This document shows positions 1-9,422 of a DNA stretch of 64,000 nucleotides, piece by piece; position 1 is the first letter of the stretch, and each line of letters starts with the position of its first letter. A program made the position numbers and the translations under genes. The notes below the pieces were generated by a model that saw nothing but the letters and a program-made list of their open reading frames with translations, was not told the origin of the DNA and did no database searches. The DNA lies in NCBI GenBank assembly GCA_963702095.1, contig OY969706.1, positions 896,001-960,000 on the forward strand. Direction: 5' to 3'. Origin of the DNA: Candidatus Bathyarchaeota archaeon. Lineage in GTDB: Archaea; Thermoproteota; Bathyarchaeia; Bathyarchaeales; Bathycorpusculaceae.

Positions 1-54
1 AAAAAACGCTAACTCAATAATTCAGGGAAAGCACCGTTTGGAAGAAAAAAGGGT

Positions 55-753
55 TCAGAAGTCAAATGAGAAGCTCTCGGCCATAATCCGCTTCATAATC
101 CCTAAGCCATGCCGTAGCTTAAGTTTCTTGACGCCCATTCTGGTCCGGTAATCGATAGGGACCTCCATAATTCGGTAACCCCGTCGTTCCACAAGAGAGT
201 TCATTTCCGCTTCAACATCAAAACCTTTGCTTTTGGGTTTCCAACCGTTTAAAATATCGCTGCGCACCACACGTAACCCTGAAAGTGGATCATCAAGTTT
301 GACCCCATTCATGAATAGTTGTGCTAACGCCAAGAGCTTGTTGCCAAGGTAGAACGGGTTAGTTAACGATTTTGAAATGTTGTGTTTACCCTTGAAACGG
401 TTTCCGATAACCATACCGACTTTGGGGTTTTGCTCTAAGATTTCAACCATCTGGGGGACGTATTCAGCTGGGTAAGTGTAGTCGGCGTCGGTGAAGACGA
501 TATAGGGCACCTTAGAGGCAAGCCCCCGCAACCCCTGAAACATAGCGTCTCCTTTGCCTTTACCTTCCTGCAACAAGACGTCTGCGCCCATGTTTTTGGC
601 TATCTCTATGGTTCGGTCGACACTATTGCCGTCAACCACAACCATGTAGGGATTATTTAGAACCCGCTGCATTTCGCCGAGTGTGGGTCCAATCCCTTCT
701 TCTTCGTTCAGGGTAGCAATAACTACGGATATACTTGAGTTTAGTTCGATCAC
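55..753 (-). CDS. Glycosyltransferase family 2 (DPM1-like)
   Basis: SVVIATLNEE, VVDGNSVD, FTDAD (DxD), GFDVEAE motifs; start moved to GTG at 753 behind a GGAGG SD. Confidence 0.9.
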   Translation of the reverse strand: MIELNSSISVVIATLNEEEGIGPTLGEMQRVLNNPYMVVVDGNSVDRTIEIAKNMGADVLLQEGKGKGDAMFQGLRGLASKVPYIVFTDADYTYPAEYVPQMVEILEQNPKVGMVIGNRFKGKHNISKSLTNPFYLGNKLLALAQLFMNGVKLDDPLSGLRVVRSDILNGWKPKSKGFDVEAEMNSLVERRGYRIMEVPIDYRTRMGVKKLKLRHGLGIMKRIMAESFSFDF

Positions 754-899
754 AGAAAAAAGTCCTCCCAAAAAAGGGAAAACGGCTTCCATTGTTAGTC
801 GGGGAAACAAACCTTTAAAGCCGTAAGGAAGAAACATACTGAACAAACGCCGGATTGTTCTAGACAATCAAAAAAAGGTTAACGTGAAAAAGTAGCAAT

Positions 900-2030
900 T
901 CAGCTTAGTCTATGTGTTAAGACTTCGATTTTGTCAACAACGAAAGCTACGTCTTCATCAGACAACTCCATGTGCACAGGCAAAGCTATGGTTCTAGACA
1001 AAACCTCCTCAGCCACCGACAAGTCTCCATACGAGAAACCGCCTAGCGTCCTGTAGGCTTCTTGCATGTGACAGGGCGGATAGAAAATGTTACCTGTCTC
1101 CACACCATACTCTTCCATGAGCACTTTGGTGAATTGTTGCCTATCAATGCCGCCGCCTAAAATCAAGGGGTACTTATAGTAGGCGCTACGGTATCCGTCT
1201 GGGCAACCTACCGTTTTTAAACACTCATTTTCTTTGAAGGCTTCGTCGTATGCTTTGCAGATTTCGTTGCGTCTGGCGACGAATTCATCGAGCCGTTTCA
1301 ACTGGTAAATCCCCAGAAGCGCCGAAATCTCCGCCATCACCATGTGGCGGCCCACATTGACGAAGTTTGTTTTCCCCGCGCCCGAACCATAGAAGCTGTA
1401 GAGCTTAGCGAACTCGCAAAGCTCGGCGTTGCTGGATGCCATCATGCCGCCTTCCCCTGTGGTGATGACTTTTGTTGGAGTGAAAGAGAAAACAGCGGCG
1501 TCGCCGAAACTGCCGGCTTTTTTGCCATAAACGCTGGCGCCGATGGCATGTGTTGCATCCTCGATAAGGAACAAGTTACGGTTTCTGCAGATTTCTTGTA
1601 TGCGTTGCAAATCAGGGTTAGGGAAACCTGCGATGTGGGTAACAATGACTCCACGGGTGTCCGATGAGAGGTTTCTCTCTAAACTATCGGGGTCCATGGA
1701 GAGGGTGTCTGCTTTAATGTCGGCGAAAACCACTTTGCCGCCTGCAAACATCACGCTGTTAGGAACAGAAATGAAACTGTTAGTGCAAACCACAACTTCT
1801 TTGCCTTCGACGCCGAAGTAGCGAAGAGCCGTTTCGTAGGCGCTGGAGTCAGAGTCAAAAGCCACGGCACCGTCAACACCGAGGTAGGTGGCTGTTTGAT
1901 CTTCGAAGATTTTCACGTTTTTTCCAAAACGGAATTGGCCGTCCTCAAGGACTTTGCCGATGTCACCTAGGAGGGGGTTGATGTCTTCTTTGGGGAAGAA
2001 GGGTTTGGATGAACGGATAAGTTTGGGCAA
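900..2030 (-). CDS. DegT/DnrJ/EryC1/StrS PLP-dependent sugar aminotransferase
   Basis: LIEDATHAIG and FSFTPTKVITTGEGG (PLP lysine) motifs. Confidence 0.92.
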   Translation of the reverse strand: MPKLIRSSKPFFPKEDINPLLGDIGKVLEDGQFRFGKNVKIFEDQTATYLGVDGAVAFDSDSSAYETALRYFGVEGKEVVVCTNSFISVPNSVMFAGGKVVFADIKADTLSMDPDSLERNLSSDTRGVIVTHIAGFPNPDLQRIQEICRNRNLFLIEDATHAIGASVYGKKAGSFGDAAVFSFTPTKVITTGEGGMMASSNAELCEFAKLYSFYGSGAGKTNFVNVGRHMVMAEISALLGIYQLKRLDEFVARRNEICKAYDEAFKENECLKTVGCPDGYRSAYYKYPLILGGGIDRQQFTKVLMEEYGVETGNIFYPPCHMQEAYRTLGGFSYGDLSVAEEVLSRTIALPVHMELSDEDVAFVVDKIEVLTHRLS

Positions 2031-2041
2031 ATGTGTTCCTC

Positions 2042-2668
2042 TTAGAAGTCGTAGGTTACGGTGAAAAGGTGGAATTTTTCGTCTAGGATTGCATGTATGA
2101 TTTGCCAGACTGAGTGTTTGTAGAGGCGGTGGAAAATGAAGCCGAACCGTATGGGCGGTAACGCGCCGTTTCTAAGTGATTTTATGTAGAGTCGGTTGTT
2201 GTTTTTGTATATGATCCAGGAATGCACTTTTTCGCCGTACAACAACTCGTTTAGCCATGAGGGCCCTTGGATGTAGCCGTGCTTTGAGACGCGTTTTAAC
2301 TCCTTAAGCAGCGTCCAGGGGTCGCTGAGGTGCTCGATTAAGTAGTAGCTGGTTACAAAATCGAACGCTTTATCCCTAAACGGCAAAGAATAGCAACTAC
2401 ACATAACAAAGGGCTTATCGTCGGTGACCAGTTTCTTCATGCTGCGGTCAGGCACAGGCTTCACGTTGAGGTCACAGAGCACGTTGGCTTCTGGGAACGG
2501 TTTAGCGCCACAGGCAATGTCTAGACAGAGTGCAGAGCCATCCACGTTTAAACCTACGGCTTGGTAAAATTTTTGTTTGCCAAATTTGAAGCGATCAAGC
2601 TCAGATTGGCGAATGGGAACCCGCTGTAGCACACCGTTTTTCTGGACTTCTGTTGGCATGCCAAGCAC
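2042..2668 (-). CDS. Class I SAM-dependent methyltransferase
   Basis: LDIACG motif I; LPFRDKAFDFV..YLIEHL; lies inside the sugar operon; exact start uncertain. Confidence 0.8.
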   Translation of the reverse strand: MLGMPTEVQKNGVLQRVPIRQSELDRFKFGKQKFYQAVGLNVDGSALCLDIACGAKPFPEANVLCDLNVKPVPDRSMKKLVTDDKPFVMCSCYSLPFRDKAFDFVTSYYLIEHLSDPWTLLKELKRVSKHGYIQGPSWLNELLYGEKVHSWIIYKNNNRLYIKSLRNGALPPIRFGFIFHRLYKHSVWQIIHAILDEKFHLFTVTYDF

Positions 2669-2675
2669 TGCTGAG

Positions 2676-3815
2676 TTACTGTTTTGCTGATTCAGCGATG
2701 GCTGCTACGAGGCTACTGCGGATGTAGTCAACGTTTTCTTTTGTTACGCCAACATGCATTGGTAAGCAGAGAACTTGTTTGAGTACGCGTTCAGCGGCGG
2801 GGAAATCGCCCATCCGTGTCCCATATGTCTGCATGTAGTAGGGGTGGAGGTGGCAGGGTGGATAGTAAACGTGTCCGGGTTCAATCTGGTATTTCTCTTT
2901 GAGCAACGCCGCAACTTTTAAGCGGTCAAAGCCGTCGGCGAGCACTAGGGGGTATTTGTAGTAGCTGTGCCTAAACCTCGACGACAACTTGAACAACGCC
3001 ACGCCTTCAACGTCGCCTAAGGTTTCTTCGTACCAGCGGGCGACTTGGTTACGTTTAGTTATGAATTCGTCGAGGTGTTCTAGCTGGTTTCGTCCCACAA
3101 TCGCCGACAACTCACTCATACGCCAGTTATGACCCAAAACAACCATAAGTCGATCTGCGTTTTGTCCGCATGTTCGTACACATCGGGCTTGATCTATGAA
3201 GTCGTCTTTGTTTGTTGTGATCATGCCGCCTTCACAGGCGGTCATAACTTTTGTGGGGTAAAAAGAGAAGCAGCCTATGTCGCCGAAGGTCCCCGCTTTT
3301 TGCCCATCCAACATGGCGCCATGTGCATGTGCGCTGTCCTCTATGAGAAAGAGACCCTTGTTTTCGCAGAAGGCTTTGAGTTCACGAATCTGCGGACAAA
3401 CCAACCCGGCGATGTGTACCACAATTACGCCGGCGGTTTTGTCGGTTACTTTGCGTTTGACATCGTCTACGTCGAGGCCTAAGGTTTCAGGGTTCATTTC
3501 GGCGAATACGGGTTTGCCGCCTGCAAAAACAACGCCGTTGGGTGTAGAGATGAAAGTGTTGGTGGGAACTATGACTTCGCGGCCCTGCAAGTTATAGTGG
3601 CGCAGAGCCACATCCAACGAGGCTGAGCCTGAACTTACACCCACCGCATACTTCACCTGCATATAATCTGCGAATTTTTTTTCGAAGTCCTGCAGATATG
3701 GCCCATCAGTCAATCTGCCGCTTTTAAGCATTGATTTTACTTCTTCGCTTATGGTGTTTAGGCTCTCTTCAGAAAAATAGGGAAACGATCCAAAAATCAT
3801 GTTTTTATTCCTCAT
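2676..3815 (-). CDS. DegT/DnrJ/EryC1/StrS PLP-dependent sugar aminotransferase
   Basis: IEDSAHAHG, FSFYPTKVMTACEGG, GHNWRMSE motifs. Confidence 0.93.
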   Translation of the reverse strand: MRNKNMIFGSFPYFSEESLNTISEEVKSMLKSGRLTDGPYLQDFEKKFADYMQVKYAVGVSSGSASLDVALRHYNLQGREVIVPTNTFISTPNGVVFAGGKPVFAEMNPETLGLDVDDVKRKVTDKTAGVIVVHIAGLVCPQIRELKAFCENKGLFLIEDSAHAHGAMLDGQKAGTFGDIGCFSFYPTKVMTACEGGMITTNKDDFIDQARCVRTCGQNADRLMVVLGHNWRMSELSAIVGRNQLEHLDEFITKRNQVARWYEETLGDVEGVALFKLSSRFRHSYYKYPLVLADGFDRLKVAALLKEKYQIEPGHVYYPPCHLHPYYMQTYGTRMGDFPAAERVLKQVLCLPMHVGVTKENVDYIRSSLVAAIAESAKQ

Positions 3816-3816
3816 T

Positions 3817-4485
3817 TTACCAGGGTTTTCCGCCCATGCAGAAAAGGTAGTCTATGACTGAGAGGTTGGAGATGAATCCGCCGTTGCATTGGGCGTAGAC
3901 GGGTTGGCGGAAATCTTGAAAGATCAGTTTAATGCCTTCTTTTTCGAATAGTGATCGGTCAATATAGTTGCGGCAGCCTTCGCCTGCAAGCTGGACGTCT
4001 GCGCCGACTTTTTTGCATTGAGCCACGATTAACTCGTTTTTTTTGCCGTCCACCCCCAACGTGGAACTCAAAACTATGGGGCGGTCGATTTTTAGGAAGC
4101 CCATGATGCCGCGTATCAGATGCATGTTTAGGTCAATGAGTTTATCCCATTCATGCTGGTAGGTCTCCTCGAAGAATTCTGCGTATTCGTTCCAATAGGG
4201 AGCTTTACAGTAGCCGTGTTTTATGGTTAACCAGTGTTTGCGTCCCCAGCTGGGTTCGCCTTTGTTGGCGATTTTTACTTCGTTGATGAGTAAAGGTTTG
4301 TTTGCGTGTTCAATTGGGACACTGAGCCATCTGACGCCGTCGGAGGTTAAGACTCGGTTGCGGCTAGTGAAGCCTTGCCGTTCAAACTGGACGTTGTCTT
4401 CAATGATGAATATGTCGGCGCGTCGCATTTTGTCGAAGAAGCCAAGCCAGGGCAGGTAATTAGGTTGGTGTCCAGCAACAATCAT
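3817..4485 (-). CDS. WbqC family protein
   Basis: HQPNYLPWLGFFDK N-terminus and NLSVIDYLF C-terminus typical of WbqC. Confidence 0.9.
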   Translation of the reverse strand: MIVAGHQPNYLPWLGFFDKMRRADIFIIEDNVQFERQGFTSRNRVLTSDGVRWLSVPIEHANKPLLINEVKIANKGEPSWGRKHWLTIKHGYCKAPYWNEYAEFFEETYQHEWDKLIDLNMHLIRGIMGFLKIDRPIVLSSTLGVDGKKNELIVAQCKKVGADVQLAGEGCRNYIDRSLFEKEGIKLIFQDFRQPVYAQCNGGFISNLSVIDYLFCMGGKPW

Positions 4486-4500
4486 AGGGTAATCGCCGGT

Positions 4501-5138
4501 TTAGGGTGAGCTTAAACGTTCAACGTAACGCACGACTTCGAAGGCTTCGGCGGCTGTAAGACTAACTTGGCTGCCCCTAAAAGACGCGAGGTTAACCATC
4601 GATTCGTAGGTGATATACCGCTTAGTTTTCTGTGAGAAATGACATTTCAAAGCGGTCCACTTGTCGTTTACGCTGTTAGTGATGTCTACGAAGTAGGTTG
4701 GCGAGAAGTTGTGGGTTACACGTGGGGTCTCGTATGCGAGAACCTGGGAGCATTCCTAAAAGCTGACATCGAAGCCCAGCCGACTTGGCGGTGGTCTTGG
4801 TGAATGTCGTTGACGGTATGTGTCAGTATGGTTTCTGGTCTATTAGCGACGTAGAAGGCTTCGAGGAAGTCGATGGCTTGTCTAGAGCAGGGGATTTCTG
4901 TGTCGGGGAAATCGCCGAAGTAAACTTCGTTAACACCCAAGTAGGAGAGTGCTTCAATGCTTTCTTTTGGGCGAACTTCAGGGTTGCCGCTGTGTTCACC
5001 TTTGGACATAAAGACAGCTATGACTTTTTTGCCGAGTCTTGAGGCAGCCCGGATCGTGCCTCCGCAGCCCAGTTCAATATCATCAGGGTGGGCACCAACT
5101 GCCAAGATAACGTTGGATCTTAGAACCAAGCTTTTCAC
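4501..5138 (-). pseudogene. PIG-L/LmbE family deacetylase, frameshifted at ~4747 (possibly an assembly error)
   Basis: AHPDDIELG and DIHQDH motifs; the C-terminal half (VLAYETP..PTYFVDI..KWTALKCHFSQ..AEAF) continues in another frame to TAA at 4501. Confidence 0.8.
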
Positions 5139-5147
5139 CCAAAAATT

Positions 5148-5750
5148 TTAGGTTGTGTCCATTTTTAACCATAAACTGTTGTAACGTTCATTATACTGGA
5201 AGGAGTTGCTTGTTTGGTTGTAGAGGTATAGTTCAAAGAACAAGTTGCCGTAGAAAGCGCCTTTATCTTTGTCGTAGGTTATCTTTGTAGAGTCAGGATG
5301 CAATGCCACACCGTTGATGGTTATGTCCTGTATGTCCAGCCTGGTTGAAGTGCCATTGTTAACTTGGTAGTTGAAGGTGATGTCTAGGGGCAACTCGGTG
5401 GTTTGGTCGTTGGCTGCAAACAAAGTGAGGCTGCCTATGGAGGGTAAATCACTGTTTGTATGGTTGAAGCTGTTGGGTCCTGATTGGCTTTCATTGCGGA
5501 ATTTAATCTCCACAACGTAGTAAGCGCAGGAGCCCAAATGGTTGCTGACGTCTAGGTAAAGGCGGCAGTTTTCGCCGGAAGTCACGTTTGAGGGGTAAGC
5601 GGCTGTGTGGTCTGGACCCAGAAGCCACATTTCAGTAAGCTGGTCTGTTTGGGGTTCCACGATGAACTGCTGTAGCGCTGGTGACGCAAGTATTAACGCC
5701 GTAATGGCAGTGACTGCTAGAAGAAGGGTTTTATATTTTTCCAGCCCCAT
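5148..5750 (-). CDS. DUF1616-like membrane-anchored protein
   Basis: N-terminal TM, TEMWLLGP..YPSNV, V.NHLG...YVVEIK, FELYLYN. Confidence 0.7.
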   Translation of the reverse strand: MGLEKYKTLLLAVTAITALILASPALQQFIVEPQTDQLTEMWLLGPDHTAAYPSNVTSGENCRLYLDVSNHLGSCAYYVVEIKFRNESQSGPNSFNHTNSDLPSIGSLTLFAANDQTTELPLDITFNYQVNNGTSTRLDIQDITINGVALHPDSTKITYDKDKGAFYGNLFFELYLYNQTSNSFQYNERYNSLWLKMDTT

Positions 5751-6213
5751 GAATGTTCCTCCTTTCACGTCTGCTCAAAACAACCCAAGCACCCAATCCA
5801 GCGCCAAGAACCGCCAACGAAAGCAACGCCAAAAACACGATAAAAACAAAGTTTTGAGTGGACGCTCCCTGGGCGCTTGCGGCAAGCGCGTTTGCTTGGG
5901 GAATAAAGTCGTTGAGTTTACTTTGGCATTGGCTTGCTGCGTTGTATGCTGTGTCGTAGTCGCCGCCTGCATTGGCTAATAGCGCTGTGGACAACGAGGA
6001 AGCGGCGTCGTTGAGTGTCGCCATTAAGGCATCTACGTTTGCGCCTGCAGCCTCCGCCTCCGAGACAGCGCTGTAACAGTTTTTTAATGTGTCCTTCGCC
6101 GAGTCAATGGCGCCTTGTGCGCTTCCTTGAGCGTAAACTGAAGAAGTAAACAGTGCACTGCATAGCAAGAGGGCAAGCGCAAAGATAGAGAATTGTCTTT
6201 TCATGGTTAACAT
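5731..6213 (-). CDS. Hypothetical secreted helical protein with C-terminal membrane anchor
   Basis: Signal peptide, Ala-rich helices, C-terminal TM followed by basic residues; overlaps the next gene. Confidence 0.75.
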   Translation of the reverse strand: MLTMKRQFSIFALALLLCSALFTSSVYAQGSAQGAIDSAKDTLKNCYSAVSEAEAAGANVDALMATLNDAASSLSTALLANAGGDYDTAYNAASQCQSKLNDFIPQANALAASAQGASTQNFVFIVFLALLSLAVLGAGLGAWVVLSRRERRNIHGAGKI

Positions 6214-6229
6214 CCTTTAGAATTGGTTA

Positions 6230-6571
6230 TTACTTTATGAGTGGTTCGGGGTAGGGATTTTTTTGGGGGCAGAGTTCCTCGAGAGTTTTCCGTTTAATGG
6301 AGAAATCGTTGAATCGTTTCTCCATGTTTTTGCTGCTTCGAGTGTACTCCTTGTATGCATCAAGGTAATCTCGGCCTTTGCCAGTTAAAAGGTAGAGTTG
6401 ATTTTGATGTTCAAAGCGGATTAGAGAAGCCCCGGCGACTTCGTTGAGGTAACGTTGCAGAACTTTGTAACTGAGGTTTGCTTGGTACATGATCTGTGTT
6501 TTCTTTGCTTCTCTGCTGACAACAGTTAAAATGTCGGCTATTATATCTAATCGGTCTCGATAGGTAACCAA
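6230..6571 (-). CDS. Winged-helix transcriptional regulator (archaeal HTH_45/ArnR1-like)
   Basis: RDRLDIIADIL..KKTQIMYQANLSY..YLLTGKG pattern. Confidence 0.85.
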   Translation of the reverse strand: MVTYRDRLDIIADILTVVSREAKKTQIMYQANLSYKVLQRYLNEVAGASLIRFEHQNQLYLLTGKGRDYLDAYKEYTRSSKNMEKRFNDFSIKRKTLEELCPQKNPYPEPLIK

Positions 6572-6597
6572 TTAAAACGCCTCGATAACTTTAACGG

Positions 6598-6978
6598 TTA
6601 AAGATGCAGCCATCCTCGGCGGCTTTTCTTCTGCTGCTTCTGTTTGTTTTCGGGTGCGCTGTAGTATTCAATGTACTTTTCTGCTTTTGCTTTGCTGGTG
6701 ATGTTGTCTTTAACGAATTTGTTCCAGCCGCCGGCGTTGGGATTAGGAGGGATGTATCGGTCAGGGTTTATTACCTCATGCTGTTGCAGGATGTCTTTGA
6801 AGTTTAACGCTTTGAAGTCCCGGGTTGCGTGAATTATGGTGCCTTTATCAATGAAAAGTGAACTGTAATCGTCAACGGCTATGCCTTCTGCACGTACTTT
6901 ATCGTCAACTCTTTCTTGCCAGAGCCGTTTCCATTCAATTTTTAACTCCTCTACGAGTTCTTTCTGTTTTAGCACCAT
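6598..6978 (-). CDS. Hypothetical protein
   Basis: 126-aa ORF, co-oriented with the cluster, protein-like composition. Confidence 0.7.
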   Translation of the reverse strand: MVLKQKELVEELKIEWKRLWQERVDDKVRAEGIAVDDYSSLFIDKGTIIHATRDFKALNFKDILQQHEVINPDRYIPPNPNAGGWNKFVKDNITSKAKAEKYIEYYSAPENKQKQQKKSRRGWLHL

Positions 6979-7385
6979 ATGTAACAGGTCCCTTCATGAT
7001 AGAAGTGGATAAGGAAAAAATTCTGATTCTAAAAAATCTCACTAAAATCAGTTTGAGGGCTAAACCTCAACTATTAAGTGTTTGGAGCGCGGTTATTTAA
7101 ACCGTAAGGATAGATTGTTCTAGTTTTATCTAGCTTAGCAAGGGTTTTTCTGTATTTTTTGTGATGTTCTGTCGGATTAATTTGTTGTTTGACATAGAAC
7201 ACGATGCTGTTTTTTCATACAAAGCCTGTGTCAGCGGTGATTTACGGCTGCCTCAGAAACTGATTTACACAGTAATTGTTATGTCTGGGCAAATAATTAA
7301 GGCTTTATCTCTTGCCTTTTTGGAGAGCTTGGGTTTACAACGTTTAAATTCAACTTGTAACATTAAATTCGCAGGGATATTCTAA

Positions 7386-8567
7386 ATGGCAATGTCAACT
7401 ACAGTTAAAGATGTCTATTCTCAGCAATTCAACACCGTTTTAGAAAACGATAGCGCCTCAAAATGCTTGGAGGCCTTCAAGAAGGGAATGCCGCCGGTGT
7501 TGGCTGTTCTCGACGACCGAGAAAACTATGTGGGGATGGTAAGTCGACGATCGGTTATTAGGACACGCTTGGACTTAAGTCGGCTTAAAGTTAAGAGTCT
7601 AATGATGGCTGCGCCCGAGGTTGCCTTAGGCGAATCGCTTAGCCGCGTAGCTAAACTAATGATCGGCAGCGGTGTGCGGCAGCTTCCTGTTTTCGAGAAG
7701 AACAAGATTGTAGGATTCATAACTGACGAAGCAGTCATCCACTCAGTTGTCGATGCACAATGGGGCAAAAGCTCCGTTGACACAATTATGACCCGTGCCC
7801 CACACACAATGGAAGCTAACCGCAGCGTAGGCGCAGTGTTGGGTGTAATGCGGGAATACGGCGTATCCCATGTGCCAATAATGGAGAGGGGACGCCTTGC
7901 AGGGGTAATAAGTGTTCAGGACATTTTGCAGAGCCTCTATTTTCCGCCTAAACGCATGGGCAACAACGACTTGGCAGGTGACCGCATCGACACGTTGGGC
8001 GTCGCCGCTAAAGGCATCATGAGCAGCCCAGTAATCACTGTTGACCCCAAAAAGAACCTGCGGGACTGCGAAGCACTGATGCATAAACATGACATCTCCT
8101 GCCTCTGCGTAGTCAACGACGAACGCTTAGTAGGCATTGCCACTAAACTAGACTTTCTCGAGCCCATCAGCCAACTGGAAACAGCCGAGCGACGCTTAAC
8201 CATACAGTTCGGCGTCAAAGAAGTCGACGTTAGCCCCGACCAACAACAGTACATACTATCAGAATTCGATTCGTTCGCACGCCGCTTCCAAGAAGCTTTC
8301 CAGCTGGGGTCACTGTTCGTTTACATGAAAACCCACCGGGGAACCAACATGCGTGAAACCCCAATGGTCCATTGCCGACTACAATTCAGAACGACACGTG
8401 GAAGCTTTTTTGCTGCCAGCGAAGGCTGGGGCGTGGAACCTACCTTCAAAGTGGCGTTGGACCGTCTTGAACGGCGGCTGCTGCGCAGTAAAGAGTTGCT
8501 TGCTTACAACCCGCGGTACGCAAGGGATTATCTGCGTGTAATCGGGTTGCCATCTGAGGAAGAATGA
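7386..8567 (+). CDS. Four-CBS-domain protein with C-terminal HPF/RaiA (S30AE)-like domain; Hib-type ribosome hibernation factor
   Basis: Two CBS pairs (VKSLM..LPV..VGFIT; IMSSPVITV..LVGIAT); C-terminal beta-alpha-beta3-alpha pattern ending FFAASEGWGVEPTFKVALDRLERRL. Confidence 0.75.
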   Translation: MAMSTTVKDVYSQQFNTVLENDSASKCLEAFKKGMPPVLAVLDDRENYVGMVSRRSVIRTRLDLSRLKVKSLMMAAPEVALGESLSRVAKLMIGSGVRQLPVFEKNKIVGFITDEAVIHSVVDAQWGKSSVDTIMTRAPHTMEANRSVGAVLGVMREYGVSHVPIMERGRLAGVISVQDILQSLYFPPKRMGNNDLAGDRIDTLGVAAKGIMSSPVITVDPKKNLRDCEALMHKHDISCLCVVNDERLVGIATKLDFLEPISQLETAERRLTIQFGVKEVDVSPDQQQYILSEFDSFARRFQEAFQLGSLFVYMKTHRGTNMRETPMVHCRLQFRTTRGSFFAASEGWGVEPTFKVALDRLERRLLRSKELLAYNPRYARDYLRVIGLPSEEE

Positions 8568-8623
8568 GCCTCTTCCACCCATTTTTTGGGAATCATTCCT
8601 TGTTTGTGGCTGTTATTGTTTTT

Positions 8624-8712
8624 TGTTTTTCTAGTTTAAGAAGAAGAGAGTGTCGCCCTTGCTCATCATCTTCTTGCGGGTTATTCAGGCGGTTGCGTTT
8701 TAGGTTCTGCAA
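8624..8712 (-). repeat. Dispersed ~130-bp intergenic element, copy A (partial)
   Basis: TTTTCTAGTTTAAGAAGAAGAGAG..CCTTGCTCATCATCTTC..GGTTGCGTTTT..TTCTGCAA aligns with 38136-38222 and the reverse complement of 55374-55461. Confidence 0.8.
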
Positions 8713-8867
8713 AGCCAGTGGGATGCAAATTTGTTGCGGAAGTGGTGGAGAGGGATAAGGGTTTTTTCGTCAAGAAATCTTGACTTAACACAAAAGAGCG
8801 GATAGCAAATTTAGAGGCGAAATAACTTGGGGTTGACAGCCGAGTAGCGCTACAGTTGCTTTACTTT

Positions 8868-8993
8868 TCATGAAGCATCGATTAGTTCTAAGGCATGCTT
8901 GCTTAGAGGGGCCTTCGCAAAAGAACCCCTAACTAACCACTGATTGGGAATTCTCGGTTTCTTAGTAGAACGATTACTGATGGCATTTTTCAT
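8868..8993 (-). CDS. Possible 41-aa basic small protein (MKNAISNRSTKKPRIPNQW...)
   Basis: ATG preceded by GGTGAT SD; below the ORF-track length cut-off; no homology recognised. Confidence 0.3.
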   Translation of the reverse strand: MKNAISNRSTKKPRIPNQWLVRGSFAKAPLSKHALELIDAS

Positions 8994-9320
8994 GTGTAAT
9001 CACCAACTTTTTCCTTTAATTACACTCGACCTATTTTTGACAGACCAAAATGTTGCATGAAAGAAAGGATTTAGCCCAACCATGGTGCGGGTCCTGGCTT
9101 TTAGTAGAACGAGCGTTGGTAGCATTCCTCGTGGCGGAGAGCGGTGCATTTTCGGGTTGCTACACGTTGCCCCTCAAGGATGGGTTTGTGGCATATGAGG
9201 CAGTTTAGGTTTCCTTTCTTCTGGATTCGGATTATGTGACGGTGAGTCAAGACGTAATGGTTTGTGGTCATATCACTCACTATGAAAAAACGTGCCCTCT
9301 AATCCAGTAAAAGCGTTTTT

Positions 9321-9361
9321 GTCAAGGTTTCTGGACTAAGAGTTAGTCCATTTTTCTTGAC
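9321..9361. promoter_or_regulatory. 41-bp symmetric palindrome upstream of the radical SAM-dinB operon
   Basis: GTCAAG-N5-TGGACTAA-GAG-TTAGTCCA-N5-CTTGAC, symmetric about 9341. Confidence 0.6.
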
Positions 9362-9422
9362 TAAACTTTCTCCATGGAGGCGAAGCTTTTTGTCTTCATA
9401 CACAGCATAATAAACGTAGTGT

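Noticed and set aside
8655-8675. ATGATGA (box C-like) on the - strand of repeat copies A and B
   Set aside because: No matching box D (CTGA), and the motif is not kept in copies C and D, so this is not called a C/D sRNA.
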